The translations under genes and the position numbers were made by a program. Positions 37,904 to 49,309 of a stretch of DNA of 64,000 nucleotides are shown piece by piece (positions within the stretch are counted from its first letter, which is position 1; each line of letters starts with the position of its first letter). The notes beneath the pieces were generated by a model that had not been told where the DNA came from, made no database searches, and worked only from the letters and a program-made list of their open reading frames with translations. Location: positions 2,604,001 through 2,668,000 of the forward strand of contig OX597839.1 in assembly GCA_951406725.2 (NCBI GenBank). The letters are read 5' to 3'. The DNA is from Octopus vulgaris (lineage: Eukaryota).

Positions 37904-38310
37904 TAACAGGTACAGGCATGCACGCATGTTTGCACACACACACACACACACACAAACAGACACATATACACACATCAACAGGCACACACACTCACACAAA
38001 GATATGCAGATACACATCAATGAGCACACACAGAAATCAACAGGCAGGCACACACATACACACATATGTCAACAGGTTCATACACACACATATACAATAG
38101 ATATACACAAGCACATCAACAGGCCTACACACACACACAGATAAGCAAATACACATCAATGAGCACAGACAGAAATCAACAGGCAGGCACACACACACAC
38201 ACACATATATGCAAATATATATCAACAAGCACATATACAAACCAACAGGTACACACACACACACATTTACACATCAATAAGCACACATAGAAATCAACTG
38301 ACACACACAA
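37810..38310. repeat. Degenerate minisatellite (about 30-bp ATCAACAGGCA(CA)n units)
   Basis: Recurrent (A)TCAACAG(G)CA motif interspersed with (CA)n. Confidence 0.75.
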
Positions 38311-38499
38311 TAACATCTGTCAAAAGTATTTTAAAATATTAACCACCACCACCACCACCAACAATAACAATAATGACAACAACAACAACAACAACAAAAG
38401 CAAGGAAGAAGACAACAAAGGCTACAAAGAGAACAACAGGGATTCTTTTAGGTGAGGCTTAACAACTTTTTACTACCTTGACTTGACACCTGAGCCATC

Positions 38500-39015
38500 A
38501 CCAACCATGACCTACAACCACCACCACTACCCCTACCATCATCCATCACCACTACACCACCACCTCACACAATCACCACTACCACCACACAACCACCACT
38601 ATCACTGCTGGCCACCATCACCACAGCCACTGCCATCATCCATCACCACTACACCACCACTATCACCACTACCACCATCCATCACCACACAACCACCACT
38701 ACCACTGCCATCATCCATCACCACTACACCACCACCACCATCACCTTACAATCACCACTACCACCACACAACTACCACTACCACTACCATTGGCCACCAT
38801 CACCACCACCACCACAGCCACTGCCATCATCCATCACCACTACACCACCACCACACAACCACCACTACCACTGCCATTGGTCACCATCACCACCACCACC
38901 ACCACTACCGATACCATCATCCATCACCACTACACCACCACCACCACCACACAACCACCACTATCACTGCCATTGGCCACCATCACCATCATCACTGCCA
39001 GCCACTGCCATCATT
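38500..39015. repeat. (CAC/CAT)-derived higher-order tandem repeat
   Basis: The unit CCATCATCCATCACCACTACACCACC recurs at least 5 times; the His/Thr/Pro ORFs are artefacts. Confidence 0.85.
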
Positions 39016-39162
39016 CAAGCCAGTGTCATTCAGATGTCACAGACAAGACAATGGCAAGTCAGCTTGTTCAGACTCCAGTGGAGAAGAAGAAGCACAGGCT
39101 GACTAAAGAAAGGTGTGGCAATGAAGACATATATAAACTCTGTAGTAATCTGAAATAAATTA

Positions 39163-39207
<45 letters not shown>

Positions 39208-39934
39208 GAAGGAGAGCAGAGAGAGGGAGAAGACCCATAAACTCTTGTTATCTGAAGTAGTTATCTGTAAGGGAGACATAGACAGAGAAAGAAGAACAAA
39301 GAGAGTACAAGAGAGAGGAGGAGAGTAAAAAGGCAAGAGAGGAAGAGGAGTACATAGAGGGAGAGGTCTAAAGACTGAGTGAAGACCTATAAACTCTTCA
39401 AGTTGTCTGAACTGAATTAATGTGAGAGAGAGGAGGACAAGGGGCCAAGAGGAACTAAAAGCAACAGAGAGAAATCTTTAGCAAAATGAAAAGACCCTTA
39501 TTCTTATTAAACAAACTGCTCCTCTTTTGCTTGTTTCAACAATCTAAAGTTTAGGGTATTGGGTGTTGTTGCTGTTCAGCTCCCAGGTCAGTCCTAATCT
39601 TTCAATCAAAGGTATTCAGAATATGATTATCTAGTTTTTAATCTTCAGTGAACTGGATGCAGGTGGGACTTTGTTGTGAGAAGCTTTTCAAAAATTCCAA
39701 TTCTAAAGGGTCAAAACAAACCCAAGCAGCTATACTGCTAGTCTATGATGTATTAGAGAGGGGGTAATTAACCAAGGTGGGGGGTAATTGTCCTGGGGGT
39801 AATTGCCCTGATATGGCTGAGAGAGCCAGTAAATACATATGCAGTGTGTGCATGAATACACACACATACACACACACACACATGCATGCAGACATATATT
39901 GGTTTCAAATTTAGATTCCAATGTGATGGGATTA

Positions 39935-40162
39935 TTCTTTTATTCTTTTACATGTTTTAAGCATTTGACTGTGGCCACGCTGGAGCACCACTCTGAAGGA
40001 TTTTAGCCGAACAAATTGACCATGGGACTTCTCTTTTAAGCCTAGTCCTTATTCTATCGGTCTCTTTTGCCAAACTGCTAAGTTATGAGAGCAAAAACAC
40101 ACCGACACCAGTTGTCAAATGGTGATGGGAGGACAAACACAGACACAAAGATACGCACACAC

Positions 40163-40199
<37 letters not shown>

Positions 40200-40731
40200 C
40201 ATACACATATACATGACTGGGCGAGGCTATAGTAGAAGACACTTGCTCAAGGTATCAAACAGGGAGACTGAACCCAGAACCATGTGGTTGGGTAGCAAGT
40301 TTCTTACCACACAGCCTATTACTCTTTACTCTCTTTTACTTGTTTCAGTGATTTGTCTGCGGCCATGCTGGAGCACCGCCTTTAGTCGAGCAAATCGATC
40401 CCGGGACTTATTCTTTGTAAGCCTAGTACTTATTCTATCGGTCTCTTTTGCCGAACCGCTAAGTGACGGGGACGTAAACACATCAGCATCGGTTGTCAAG
40501 CAATGCTAGGGGGTCAAACACAGACACACAAACACTTACACACACATATATATATATATACATATATACGACAGGCTTCTTTCAGTTTCCGTCTACCAAA
40601 TCAACTCACAAGGCATTGGTCGGCCCGGGGCTATAGCAGAAGACACTTGCCCAAGATGCCACGCAGTGGGACTGAACCCGGAACCATGTGGTTGGTTAGC
40701 AAGCTACTTACCACACAGCCACTCCTGCGCC
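39935..40731 (-). mobile_element. Two tandem SINE A copies (diverged 39935-40316; young 40320-40731)
   Basis: Reverse complement of family A twice. Confidence 0.88.
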
Positions 40732-41272
40732 TATATATGTATATCCATAATTTTTTTTATTAATAATCAGTAGAGTTAAAGTGAGTGAAGGGCTGAGAGC
40801 TTTGTGCGATGGCACTTATCAAACTGGTTTCAAATGAAGAGGTCATATATATTTATACACCAGCAGGCATTTCCCCGGGATTGTTCAGGAACAAATTATA
40901 TAGACAATTACGACATGTGAATAATGCATATTTTTTCAAATCACTTTCTCGTTTGCACCAATTAACTGCATAAACAAGGAAAGTAAAGAAAGGGAGAAAG
41001 AAGAAAGGAAAAACATTTTAAGATATGTGTTCTAATGCTTGTATAGCTGAGAGGAGTCTAGGACATTTAACCATGGACAATAACCCCACCAAGAATAATT
41101 ACCCCTGAGGACAACAGATTATGAATTAAAACTTCGCAATATATTAGAGAGGGGGTAATTAACCAAGGTGGGGGGTAATTGTCAGGGGGAATTGTCCTGG
41201 GGTTGAAGTGGGGGTAATTGCCCTGATATGGCTGAGAGAGCCAGTAAATACATATGCAGTGTGTGCATGAAT

Positions 41273-41311
<39 letters not shown>

Positions 41312-41639
41312 TGCATGCAGACATATATTGGTTTCAAATTTTGACACAAGGCCTACAATTTTGGGGAAGGGGATAAGCCAGTTACATCATCCCCACTGCT
41401 TAACTGGTACTTTTTTCATCGACCCCACCAAAAGGATGAAAAGCAAAAGTCAATCTGTATATATGTATGTAAGCATCTATGTATATGACTGTGTTTAAGT
41501 TTGTTCTCCACTGGCATTTAATAACCATTTTCTGTTTGTTTACGCCCCTTGTCCATAGTGTATTGGTTTGGAAAAAGAGACAGATAGAATAAGTACCAGA
41601 CTGCAAAAATAAAAAAAAATTTTTAAATAATGAAATAAG

Positions 41640-41650
41640 TCGTATATATG

Positions 41651-41685
<35 letters not shown>

Positions 41686-41900
41686 TTGTGTATCTGCGTT
41701 TGTCCCCCTAGCATTGCTTGACAACCGATGCTGGTGTGTTTACGTCCCCGTCACTTAGCGGTTCGGCAAAAGAGACCGATAGAATAAGTACTGGGCTTAC
41801 AAAGAATAAGTCCCGGGGTCGATTTGCTCGACTAAAGGCGGTGCTCCAGCATGGCCGCAGTCAAATGACTGAAACAAGTAAAAGAGAGTAAAAGAGAGTA
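41640..41900 (+). mobile_element. SINE family A, 3' half
   Basis: GTCGTATATATG...CTAGCATTGCTTGACAACCG...(AAAAGAGAGT)n. Confidence 0.85.
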
Positions 41901-42260
41901 AGTCCTGGGGTCAATTTGTTCAAGTAAAACTCTTCAAGATTATGTGCCCCAGCATGGTTGTGGTTCAATGATTGAAACAAGTGAAAGATAAAAGGAAAAG
42001 GACAAAGAACCAATATGAAAGCATAGAATGCTACCCAACCCCTCCACCGCACACACACACACCAAAAAAAAAAAAATTATGATAATGGTGGTGATGGTGG
42101 AGGTGGTATTTGTTCCTCCGTGAGTAGCAGAGGTGCTCCCTTGTCACTCTTGCCCTAATAAATTAGCTGAAAGGAAACAAGTAACTAATAATGCTATTAT
42201 TCACCAAACACCAAGAAAAACAAGGGAATATGTATAAATAAATATAGACATGTAAATATA

Positions 42261-42687
42261 GGCGCAGGAGTAGCTGTGTGGTAAGTAGCTTGCTAACCAA
42301 CCACATGGTTCCGGGTTCAGTCCCACTGCGTGGCACCTTGGGCAAGTGTCTTCTACTATAGCCCCGGGCCGACCAATGCCTTGTGAGTGGATTTGGTAGA
42401 CGGAAACTGAAAGAAGCCTGTCGTATATATGTATATATATGTAAATGTGTGTGTATGTGTATGTGCTTGTGTGCCTGTGTTTGTCCCCCTAGCATTGCTT
42501 GACAACCGATGCTGGTGTGTTTACGTCCCCGTCACTTAGCAGTTCGGCAAAAGAGACCGATAGAATAAGTACTGGGCTTACAAAAGAATAAGTCCCGGGG
42601 GTCGAGTTGCTTGATTAAAAGCAGTGCTCCAGCATGGCCGCAGTCAAATGACTGAAACATGTAAAAGAGTAAAAGAGTAAGTAAAAG
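42261..42687 (+). mobile_element. SINE family A, full length
   Basis: Matches 7131-7555. Confidence 0.92.
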
Positions 42688-42973
42688 CTTGATAATTAAG
42701 AAAACAAAAAAAAAGAAAGAAAAACTAGAAAAATGAGAAAAAAAAATATATCTTGTTTTTCAAATTGGTTAAGTCTAGTATGAAAATATATATAATAATT
42801 GTTATTTCTTAGCAATAATTATGGTAATTAATGAGAGTGGTGGAAATATATGAAAACTGTGGGAGTGTTAGGTTTTGAAAATGTTTGTGTACTTAGTGTA
42901 ATGATCCAGTGCAATGTGTAACTGGTTCCAATACAGCCCCAGTCATTGTATATGTGTGTGTATATACAAATGT

Positions 42974-43178
42974 GACCTCGTGTGTACCATTGGCGATTTT
43001 TTTTCCTCTGTCTTCTCTTCTCTGGATCTTTCCTTCTCCTATGTTTCCGACGAAGAGCTCCGCTCGAAACGTTAAACCCTCCTTCTTCCCTTCTTTCCTG
43101 AGCGTCCAATAATACTATATTTGTTCCACGTCCTCACGTTGTTGTGTTTTTTTTTGTGTTTTCTTGTTTGGATTAACT
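42974..43178 (+). mobile_element. Pyrimidine-rich PLE-terminus-like repeat with hammerhead motif
   Basis: GTTT-CCGACGA-A-GAGC-tcc-GCTC-GAAAC-GTT-AAAC at 43043-43077; the downstream TTCC.GAGCGT..AATA motif is shared with the 57133 family; ends in (TA)n. Confidence 0.65.
43043..43077 (+). ncRNA. Minimal hammerhead ribozyme motif, U4C core variant
   Basis: Stem I GTTT/AAAC, core CCGACGA, stem II GAGC/GCTC, GAAAC-GTT with a palindromic ACGT stem III. Confidence 0.6.
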
Positions 43179-43188
43179 ATATATGTAT

Positions 43189-43773
43189 GAAGGGACATGG
43201 CTCAGTGGTTAGAGCACCAGGCTCATAATTATGAAGTTATGAGTTTGATTCCTGGACTGGGCTATGTGTTGTGTTCTTGAGCAAGACACTTCATTTCATG
43301 GTTGCTCCTGTTTGCTCAGCTGTAGAAGAGAGTTACATCATTCGTGCCATGCTGTATTGGCCTTTGCCTTTCTCTTGGATAACACTGGTGGCGTAGAGAG
43401 CAGGGGGCTGGTATGCATGGGGGTGAGCTGGCAGAAACGTTAGAGCGCCAGACGAAATGCTTAGCGGTATTTCGTCTGCCGCTACGTTCTGAGTTCAAAT
43501 TCAGCCGAGGTCCACTTTGCCTTTCATCCTTTCGGGGTCGATAAATTAAGTACCAGTTACACACTGGGGTCGATGTAATCGACTTAATACCTATGTCTGT
43601 CCTTGTTTGTCCCCTCTATGTTTAGCCCCTTGTGGGTAATAAAGAAATAGGCATGCATGGGGGACTGCTGGTCTTCCATAAACAACCTTGCCCGGACTTG
43701 TGGCTCAGAGGATAACTTTCTATGTCCAACACCATGGTCATTCATGACTGAAAGGGGTCTTTACCCTTTACCC
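43189..43773 (+). mobile_element. SINE family C with nested family B copy (43421-43650)
   Basis: A box TGGCTCAGTGGTTAGAGC, B box GAGTTTGATTCC. The B insert is flanked by a TSD-like G(T/C)ATGCATGGGG. The C tail is duplicated at 43800-43910. Confidence 0.85.
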
Positions 43774-43944
43774 TATGTAAATATAATGGTGTGTAAAGGT
43801 GAGACTGGTATGCATGGGTCTTCCATAAACAATCTTGCCTAGACCTGTGACTCAGAGGGAAATTTTCTAGGTGCAAACCCATGGTCATTCATGACCAAAG
43901 GGAGTCTTTTTATATAAGCATGTGTGTGCATGTATATACATATG

Positions 43945-43976
<32 letters not shown>

Positions 43977-44407
43977 CATGTATGTATGTGTGAATGTGTA
44001 TGTATGTCTGTGTGAGTGTGTGTGCATGTATGTATGTATATATCTTTTATCTTCTACTCTTTCAGTCATTGGAATGTGGCCATGCTGAAGCACCGGCTTG
44101 AGGAAAATTTTAGTCAAAAGAATTGACTTATGTACTTATTTTTTTTTCTTAAAGTCTGGTGTGTATTCTACCAGTCTCTTTATCTGAAGCAGGAAGTCAT
44201 GGGGATGTAAACACACCAACATTAGGTGTCAAGTAATGGTGGGGAACACACACACACACACAAAATAGATATATATATTTATTTACATACAATGGGCTTC
44301 TTTCAGTTTCTATCCACCAAATTCACTCACAAGGCATTGGTTAATCCAAAGCCATAGTAGACGACACTTGCCCAAGGTGTCATACAGCGGGACTGAACCA
44401 GGAACCG

Positions 44408-44568
44408 TTCGATTCACTTCAACATTTAAGTTCAACTTAAATGTTGAAGTGAATCGAATGGCTTTTGTGTGTTTCTTAAATGGCTTACAAACACCTTCCA
44501 CGCTGCAATTGTTTTCGTTTCAGCACACGATCTCAGATCAAATCACTTGCTATGCGAGTACATCTCCG

Positions 44569-44571
<3 letters not shown>
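44408..44571. mobile_element. Short repeat-like segment with perfect 25-bp fold-back 5' end
   Basis: TTCGATTCACTTCAACATTTAAGTT-C-AACTTAAATGTTGAAGTGAATCGAA, then about 110 bp ending in (TA)n; truncates a SINE A head. Confidence 0.55.
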
Positions 44572-44610
<39 letters not shown>

Positions 44611-45091
44611 GATGGGTTTCTTTCAGTTTCCGGCTACCAAATCCACTCACAAGGCTTTGGTCGACCCGAGGCTATAGTAGAAGACACGCAGTGTCACGCA
44701 GTGGGACTGAACCCGGAAGCATGTGGTTGGTAAGCAAGCTACTTACCACACAGTCAATGTATGTTTTTCTTTTTTATTCAAGTTCAGCTTATGAGAGTAC
44801 AAACTGGTGTTTGTAAATCCTGTGGTTGAGTTGGTGTGTTGTATGAACATTCCATGCACACAGTCAAGCATGTGCATTCATTCAATCATCAAAAGAATTT
44901 TTGGAATGTCTAACAACGTCTAACTATGTGTGTATGTTTATGGGTGTGAGCTTTATTGTTGAGGGCATCAGTATTTTGAGGTGCTTCACAACCAGGCATG
45001 TGTGTACTCCAGCGAACAGCTAGAATGTTACAAAAGCATTGTTACCTGAACTGTTCTAGGATTTTTAGGTGTCTGCAGTAGACAACTCAAG

Positions 45092-45555
45092 TATCATCAT
45101 CATCATTTAACATCCGCTTTCCATGCTAGCATGGGTTGGACGATTTTGAATGAGGGCTGGCGAACCAGACAGCCAAACCAGGCTCGAATCTTGATCTGGC
45201 AGAGTTTCTACAGCTGGATGCCCTTCCTAACGCCAACCACTTCGAGAGTGTAGTGGGTGTCTTTTACGTGCCACCGGCACAGAGCCAGTCAGGCGGTACT
45301 GACAATGACCTCGCTTGAATCTTTTTACACATGCCACCGGCACAGGTGCCAGTAAGGCGACGTAGGTAACGATCACGCTCGAATGGTGTCCTTTTACGTG
45401 CCACCGGCACTGAAGCCAACTTAGCCGCTCTGGTAACGATCACACTCGAATGGTACCCTTTTATGTGCCACTGGCACGGAAGCCGGTTAGCCTCGTATGG
45501 TGCCCTTTGCACCCCGCTAGCACGGATGCCAGTCGTTGAATTTGATTTTGATTTC
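45092..45555 (-). mobile_element. RTE 3'-UTR remnant with a diverged 63-67-bp tandem array
   Basis: (CAT)n-TTTAACATCCGCTTTCCATGCTAGCATGGG tail; recurrent CTTTTACGTGCCACCGGCAC. Confidence 0.8.
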
Positions 45556-45589
45556 ATAGGAATAAAACAGTATTGTAAAGATGCTTGCA

Positions 45590-45885
45590 TTGTATACTGA
45601 AATTTTAGTGCGGACAAATTTGCCTCTTCGGAGTTGGTCTCACAAGTCACTGACGCAAGCTCCCTGAGGCCATGGACTGAATACAGCCAATTTTTTAGCA
45701 GCTAACCCATTATGCAATCCATGTGATAAAGAATTTTCCAGCTGATCTGGACTCACAAAGCACACAAAAATACACAGTCTGGAGATATAGTACAGAATGA
45801 GGACCCAACTGCAACATATGAATATGAATGCCACATCAGCAACAAAAACTTGCTGGATTTCAAAGCCATTGTGGGTCCCATGGTC
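45590..45885 (+). pseudogene. Decayed C2H2 zinc-finger-coding remnant (three fingers in three frames), probably a LINE C-terminus or ZNF pseudogene
   Basis: CGQICLFGVGLTSH*RK (45609), CNPCDKEFSS*SGLTKHTKIH (45713, exact C-x2-C-x3-F-x5-L-x2-H-x3-H spacing), and YECHI..LAGFQSHCGSH (45823-45881). Confidence 0.65.
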
Positions 45886-46341
45886 ACTGACAAAAAGTAC
45901 ACAGAAACAAGACAATTTGTCAGTGATGGTCATACTCATCTAGTAAGTCAATAGCCATCATGTATGTCTGCATGTTCACTTTTCTTTTTTTTTTTTTTTT
46001 TTTTCAATTATTTGAAGTCTTCCTGTAAGAAAGGAGCTGGTTTCTAACAAAAATATGAAGTTCCATCACTGGAATGTACATAACAGAAACAGCATCACAT
46101 ATTCAACTTGAGAAAAGATTTGCATATTTTGTAAGGTTCTATCTACAGATTGTCTTTCTAATGTGCCAGCTAGCTGGCTGATTTCTTTTTCGGAAACCCC
46201 CCCAGCTTTTCCAGATTGTTACTTAGGCATTTACTCACAAAACCAAGTGCACTGATTATCACTGGTACAAATGGGAATTTATAATCTGGATATCTAAGAA
46301 GTTCTTCATTTTTTGCTTTTAAATTTACAATACCCTGGTAT

Positions 46342-46647
46342 TGTTGTTTGTTCCTTCTCGAGCCATGCCTGGCTCATAAGGGCCGGTTTCCCAGTTTCCT
46401 TGGCGTATAGGCTCCCCACCTGGACAGGACGCCGGTCCATCGCGGGTAAGCTGCAAGATACAGGAGGAAAGAGTGAGAGAAAGTTGTGGCGAAAGAGTCA
46501 GCAGAAGTTCGCCATTACCTTCTGCCGGAGTTGCGTGGAACTTAGGTGTTTCGCTCATAAACACACACATCACCCGGTCTGAGATTCGAACCCGCGTTCC
46601 CTCGACCGCGAGTCCGTTGCTCTAGCCACTGGGCCATGTGCCTCCAT
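46342..46647 (-). mobile_element. tRNA-derived SINE family D, full length, 13-bp TSD
   Basis: On -: TGGCCCAGTGGCTAGAGC A box, GGTTCGAATC B box, V-SINE-like GCGATGGACCGGCGTCCTGTCCAGG and (AAC)n tail. TSD AATACCCTGGTAT at 46329-46341 and 46648-46660. Confidence 0.9.
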
Positions 46648-46824
46648 AATACCCTGGTATCATATACAATATATGTATAGGAAAGAGATGTGAGCTACAT
46701 GTGAGAATTCACATTTAAATTACAAAATAAGAATTTCAAAAAAAATTATTGAAAGCTTTCCAAGATTTTTGGCTCACCCTACATTACTTCATCTAGGTAT
46801 GTGTCCTTTTTACTTATTTCTTAA

Positions 46825-47042
46825 CTCTTTTGTTACCAACCCAGCCAAAACCCGGCTCTGACACTGTAGTACAAATGTCTTGTTTTCATAAGTTTTTCAT
46901 TAAAATCTTCCACCAAACCTTAGTCGCAATTTATGTTCCTAACACTAGCTTAATGATAAATTATTTTACTAAATTCTTTGTTATATTTAAAATAATTGAA
47001 AGAAACACAGAGCATCTCAAAATAAATACAGTAACGAAAGGG
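46825..47042. mobile_element. piggyBac-type MITE (TTAA TSD)
   Basis: TTAA|CTCTTTTGTTAC...GTAACGAAAGGG|TTAA. Confidence 0.85.
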
Positions 47043-47670
47043 TTAAATGGTTGAGTGTGTGATTTGAGGGTAATTTGGCTCCAATTTTTAGCAGGTTGAT
47101 CGGACACACAGAGGCTCGACTAGTCAGTTGGCTCAATTCAGTGGACTGTAGGAGAATCTGGCAGCTAACTTGGCAATATAACTGAAGTTTGTTATATACA
47201 GCAGACAGTTAGGAATTTTGTATACATACATGTGCGTGTGTGTGTGTATGTGTGTGCACACGCGCGCACACAACCAGTCACTAACACACACATACACAGA
47301 GAACAGTGAATGGGGTTAACAGGAACTGCTAATCAGATAATCAGCACAATGTAAGGGAGGGTGGGGTAAAGGTAGGGAGGAGGGGGAAGAGAAATGGAAA
47401 GGCGGGGGGTGGGGGTGGAGACAGAGATGAGAGAAAGCCGAGGAAGGTGAGTGGCTCACTGCCCTGGAATATTCCTGTTGTTGGGAGCCTAATTGTGTTT
47501 GTGATTAGTGTATAGAATGGATAAGAGGAGAGTGTGGAGGAAATGAGGATAGAGAGTGAAGGAGGAAAAGGGAGATAAATAGGAAAGGAAAAAAAAGGAG
47601 AACTAGAGAATAGAGAGAGGTAGGGATATATAATAAATATATAATATATAATATATATATATATATATAA

Positions 47671-47883
47671 GGCGAGCTGGCAGAAGCGTTAGCGCGCTGG
47701 GCGAAATGCTTAGCGGTATTTCGTCTGTCGTTACGTTCTGAGTTCAAATTCCATCGAGGTCGACTTTGCCTTTCATCCTTTCGGGGTCGATAAATTAAGT
47801 ACCAGTTACGCACTGGGGTTGATGTAATCAACTTGATCCCTTTGCCTGTCCTATGTTTAGCCCCTTGTGGGCAGTAAAGAAAT
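47671..47883 (+). mobile_element. SINE family B
   Basis: Matches 18042-18261. Confidence 0.9.
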
Positions 47884-47969
47884 ATATATATATATAGGTG
47901 GTGCTCCAGTATGACCACAGTCAAATAACTGAAAAGAATAAAAGAATATATATATGTATATATATATAT

Positions 47970-48149
47970 ATATGCTTTATTTAAAAGCAACAGAAAATTC
48001 AACAAAAATTCGACGAACGGGAACGTGAAATTCAGAGTAACAGGTTTTTGTTGAATTTTCTGCTGCTTTTAAATAAAGCATATTACTCTACCACTGGTAT
48101 TTGAGTACTCTTTTTTCCACCTTGTTTCACATTTATGTGTTTACTCCGG

Positions 48150-48150
<1 letters not shown>
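47970..48150 (+). mobile_element. Fold-back PLE-terminus-like element (same family as 57478-57682)
   Basis: Inverted arms about 47970-48008 and 48045-48083 around TCGACGA-ACG-GGAA-CGT-GAAA; lies in (TA)n. Confidence 0.7.
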
Positions 48151-48181
<31 letters not shown>

Positions 48182-48207
48182 GACACATACATACACATTA
48201 TATATAT

Positions 48208-48437
48208 ATTTCTTTACTGTCCACAAGGGGCTAAACATAGAGGGGACAAACAAGGACAGACAAAGGGATTAAGTCGATTACATCGACCCCAGTGCGAAAC
48301 TGGTACTTTATTTATCGACCCCGAAAAGATGAAAGGCAAAGTCGACCTCGGTGGAATTTGAACTCAGAACATAACGACAGACGAAATACCGCTAAGCATT
48401 TCGCCCGGCGCGCTAATGTTTCTGTCAACTCGCCGCC
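48208..48437 (-). mobile_element. SINE family B with TSD
   Basis: Reverse complement of family B; flanked by TACATACACATTATATATA direct repeats. Confidence 0.9.
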
Positions 48438-48887
48438 TTACATACACATTATATATACTATACACACACACACACATATATATATATCATCATCGTCATT
48501 GTTTAATATCCACCTTCCATGCTGGCATGGGCTGGATGGTTTGACAGGTGCTGACCAGGTAGAAGACTACACCAGGCTTCTGTGTCTGTTTTCACGTTTT
48601 TATGATTGGATGCCCTTCCTAACACCAACCACCCTGCAGTGTGGACTGAGTACATTTCACGAGACACCAGCACAGGCGAGGTCAGTGCTGGCATGGTTTT
48701 TACAGCTTGATGCCCTTCCAAGTGCCAACCACTTTACATGTTGGGGTACTAGGATTTACCCTAGTACTTGCTTATTCTATAGGTCTCCTTTTACCGAATT
48801 GTTAAGTTACAAGTACGTCAAGTGGTGGACACACACACACGCGTGTGCACACACACACACATACAAAGAGACATACATATATACATT

Positions 48888-49190
48888 ACGTGATCATATG
48901 ACCGACCAGTCCATCAGATGTAGTTACACATCGCTGGTCACAATGCGTTCGCATTGTTTTATCCTTCGAATGACGCCACTCCGCTGGCTAAGCGAGCAGG
49001 CCAACAGAAGAAAGAGTGGGAGAAAGAGTGGTGATAGAGTACAGCAGGGATCACCACCCGCTGCCGGAGCCTCATGGAGCTTTTAGGTGTTTTCGCTCAA
49101 TAAACACTCACAACGCCCGGTCTGGGAATCAAAACCGCGATCCTATGACCGCGAGTCCGCTGCCCTAACCACTGGGCCATTGCGCCTCCA
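48888..49190 (-). mobile_element. SINE related to family D (same head, different 3' tail)
   Basis: On -: GGAGGCGCAATGGCCCAGTGGTTAGGGCAGCGGACTCGCGGTC head as in D; the 3' part (..GCATTGTGACCAGCGATGTG..) differs. Confidence 0.8.
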
Positions 49191-49309
49191 CATATATACA
49201 TACACACACAAATACATCAGTTTCCATCTATGAAATCTACTCAGAAGGTTTTGGTCAGCCTGAGGCTATAGAAGGATAGCTTTGCAACCATATAGTCTTG
49301 GATTCAATC

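Noticed and set aside
38483-39158. His/Pro/Thr-rich 207-aa and 122-aa ORFs
   Set aside because: Derived from a (CAC/CAT) tandem repeat; no supporting exon structure.
45261-45524. True CRISPR array
   Set aside because: Spacers are homologous to each other and the array is part of an RTE 3'UTR; kept only as a structured tandem repeat.
46570-46647. Functional tRNA genes in SINE heads (also 5478, 18359, 43189, about 49120, 51870)
   Set aside because: A/B boxes continue into SINE bodies, some with TSDs; no complete acceptor stem or oligo-T terminator.
47355-47460. G-quadruplex-prone tract and a GTGAGT donor-like site
   Set aside because: Low-complexity purine tracts are common throughout the window; no matching acceptor or ORF.
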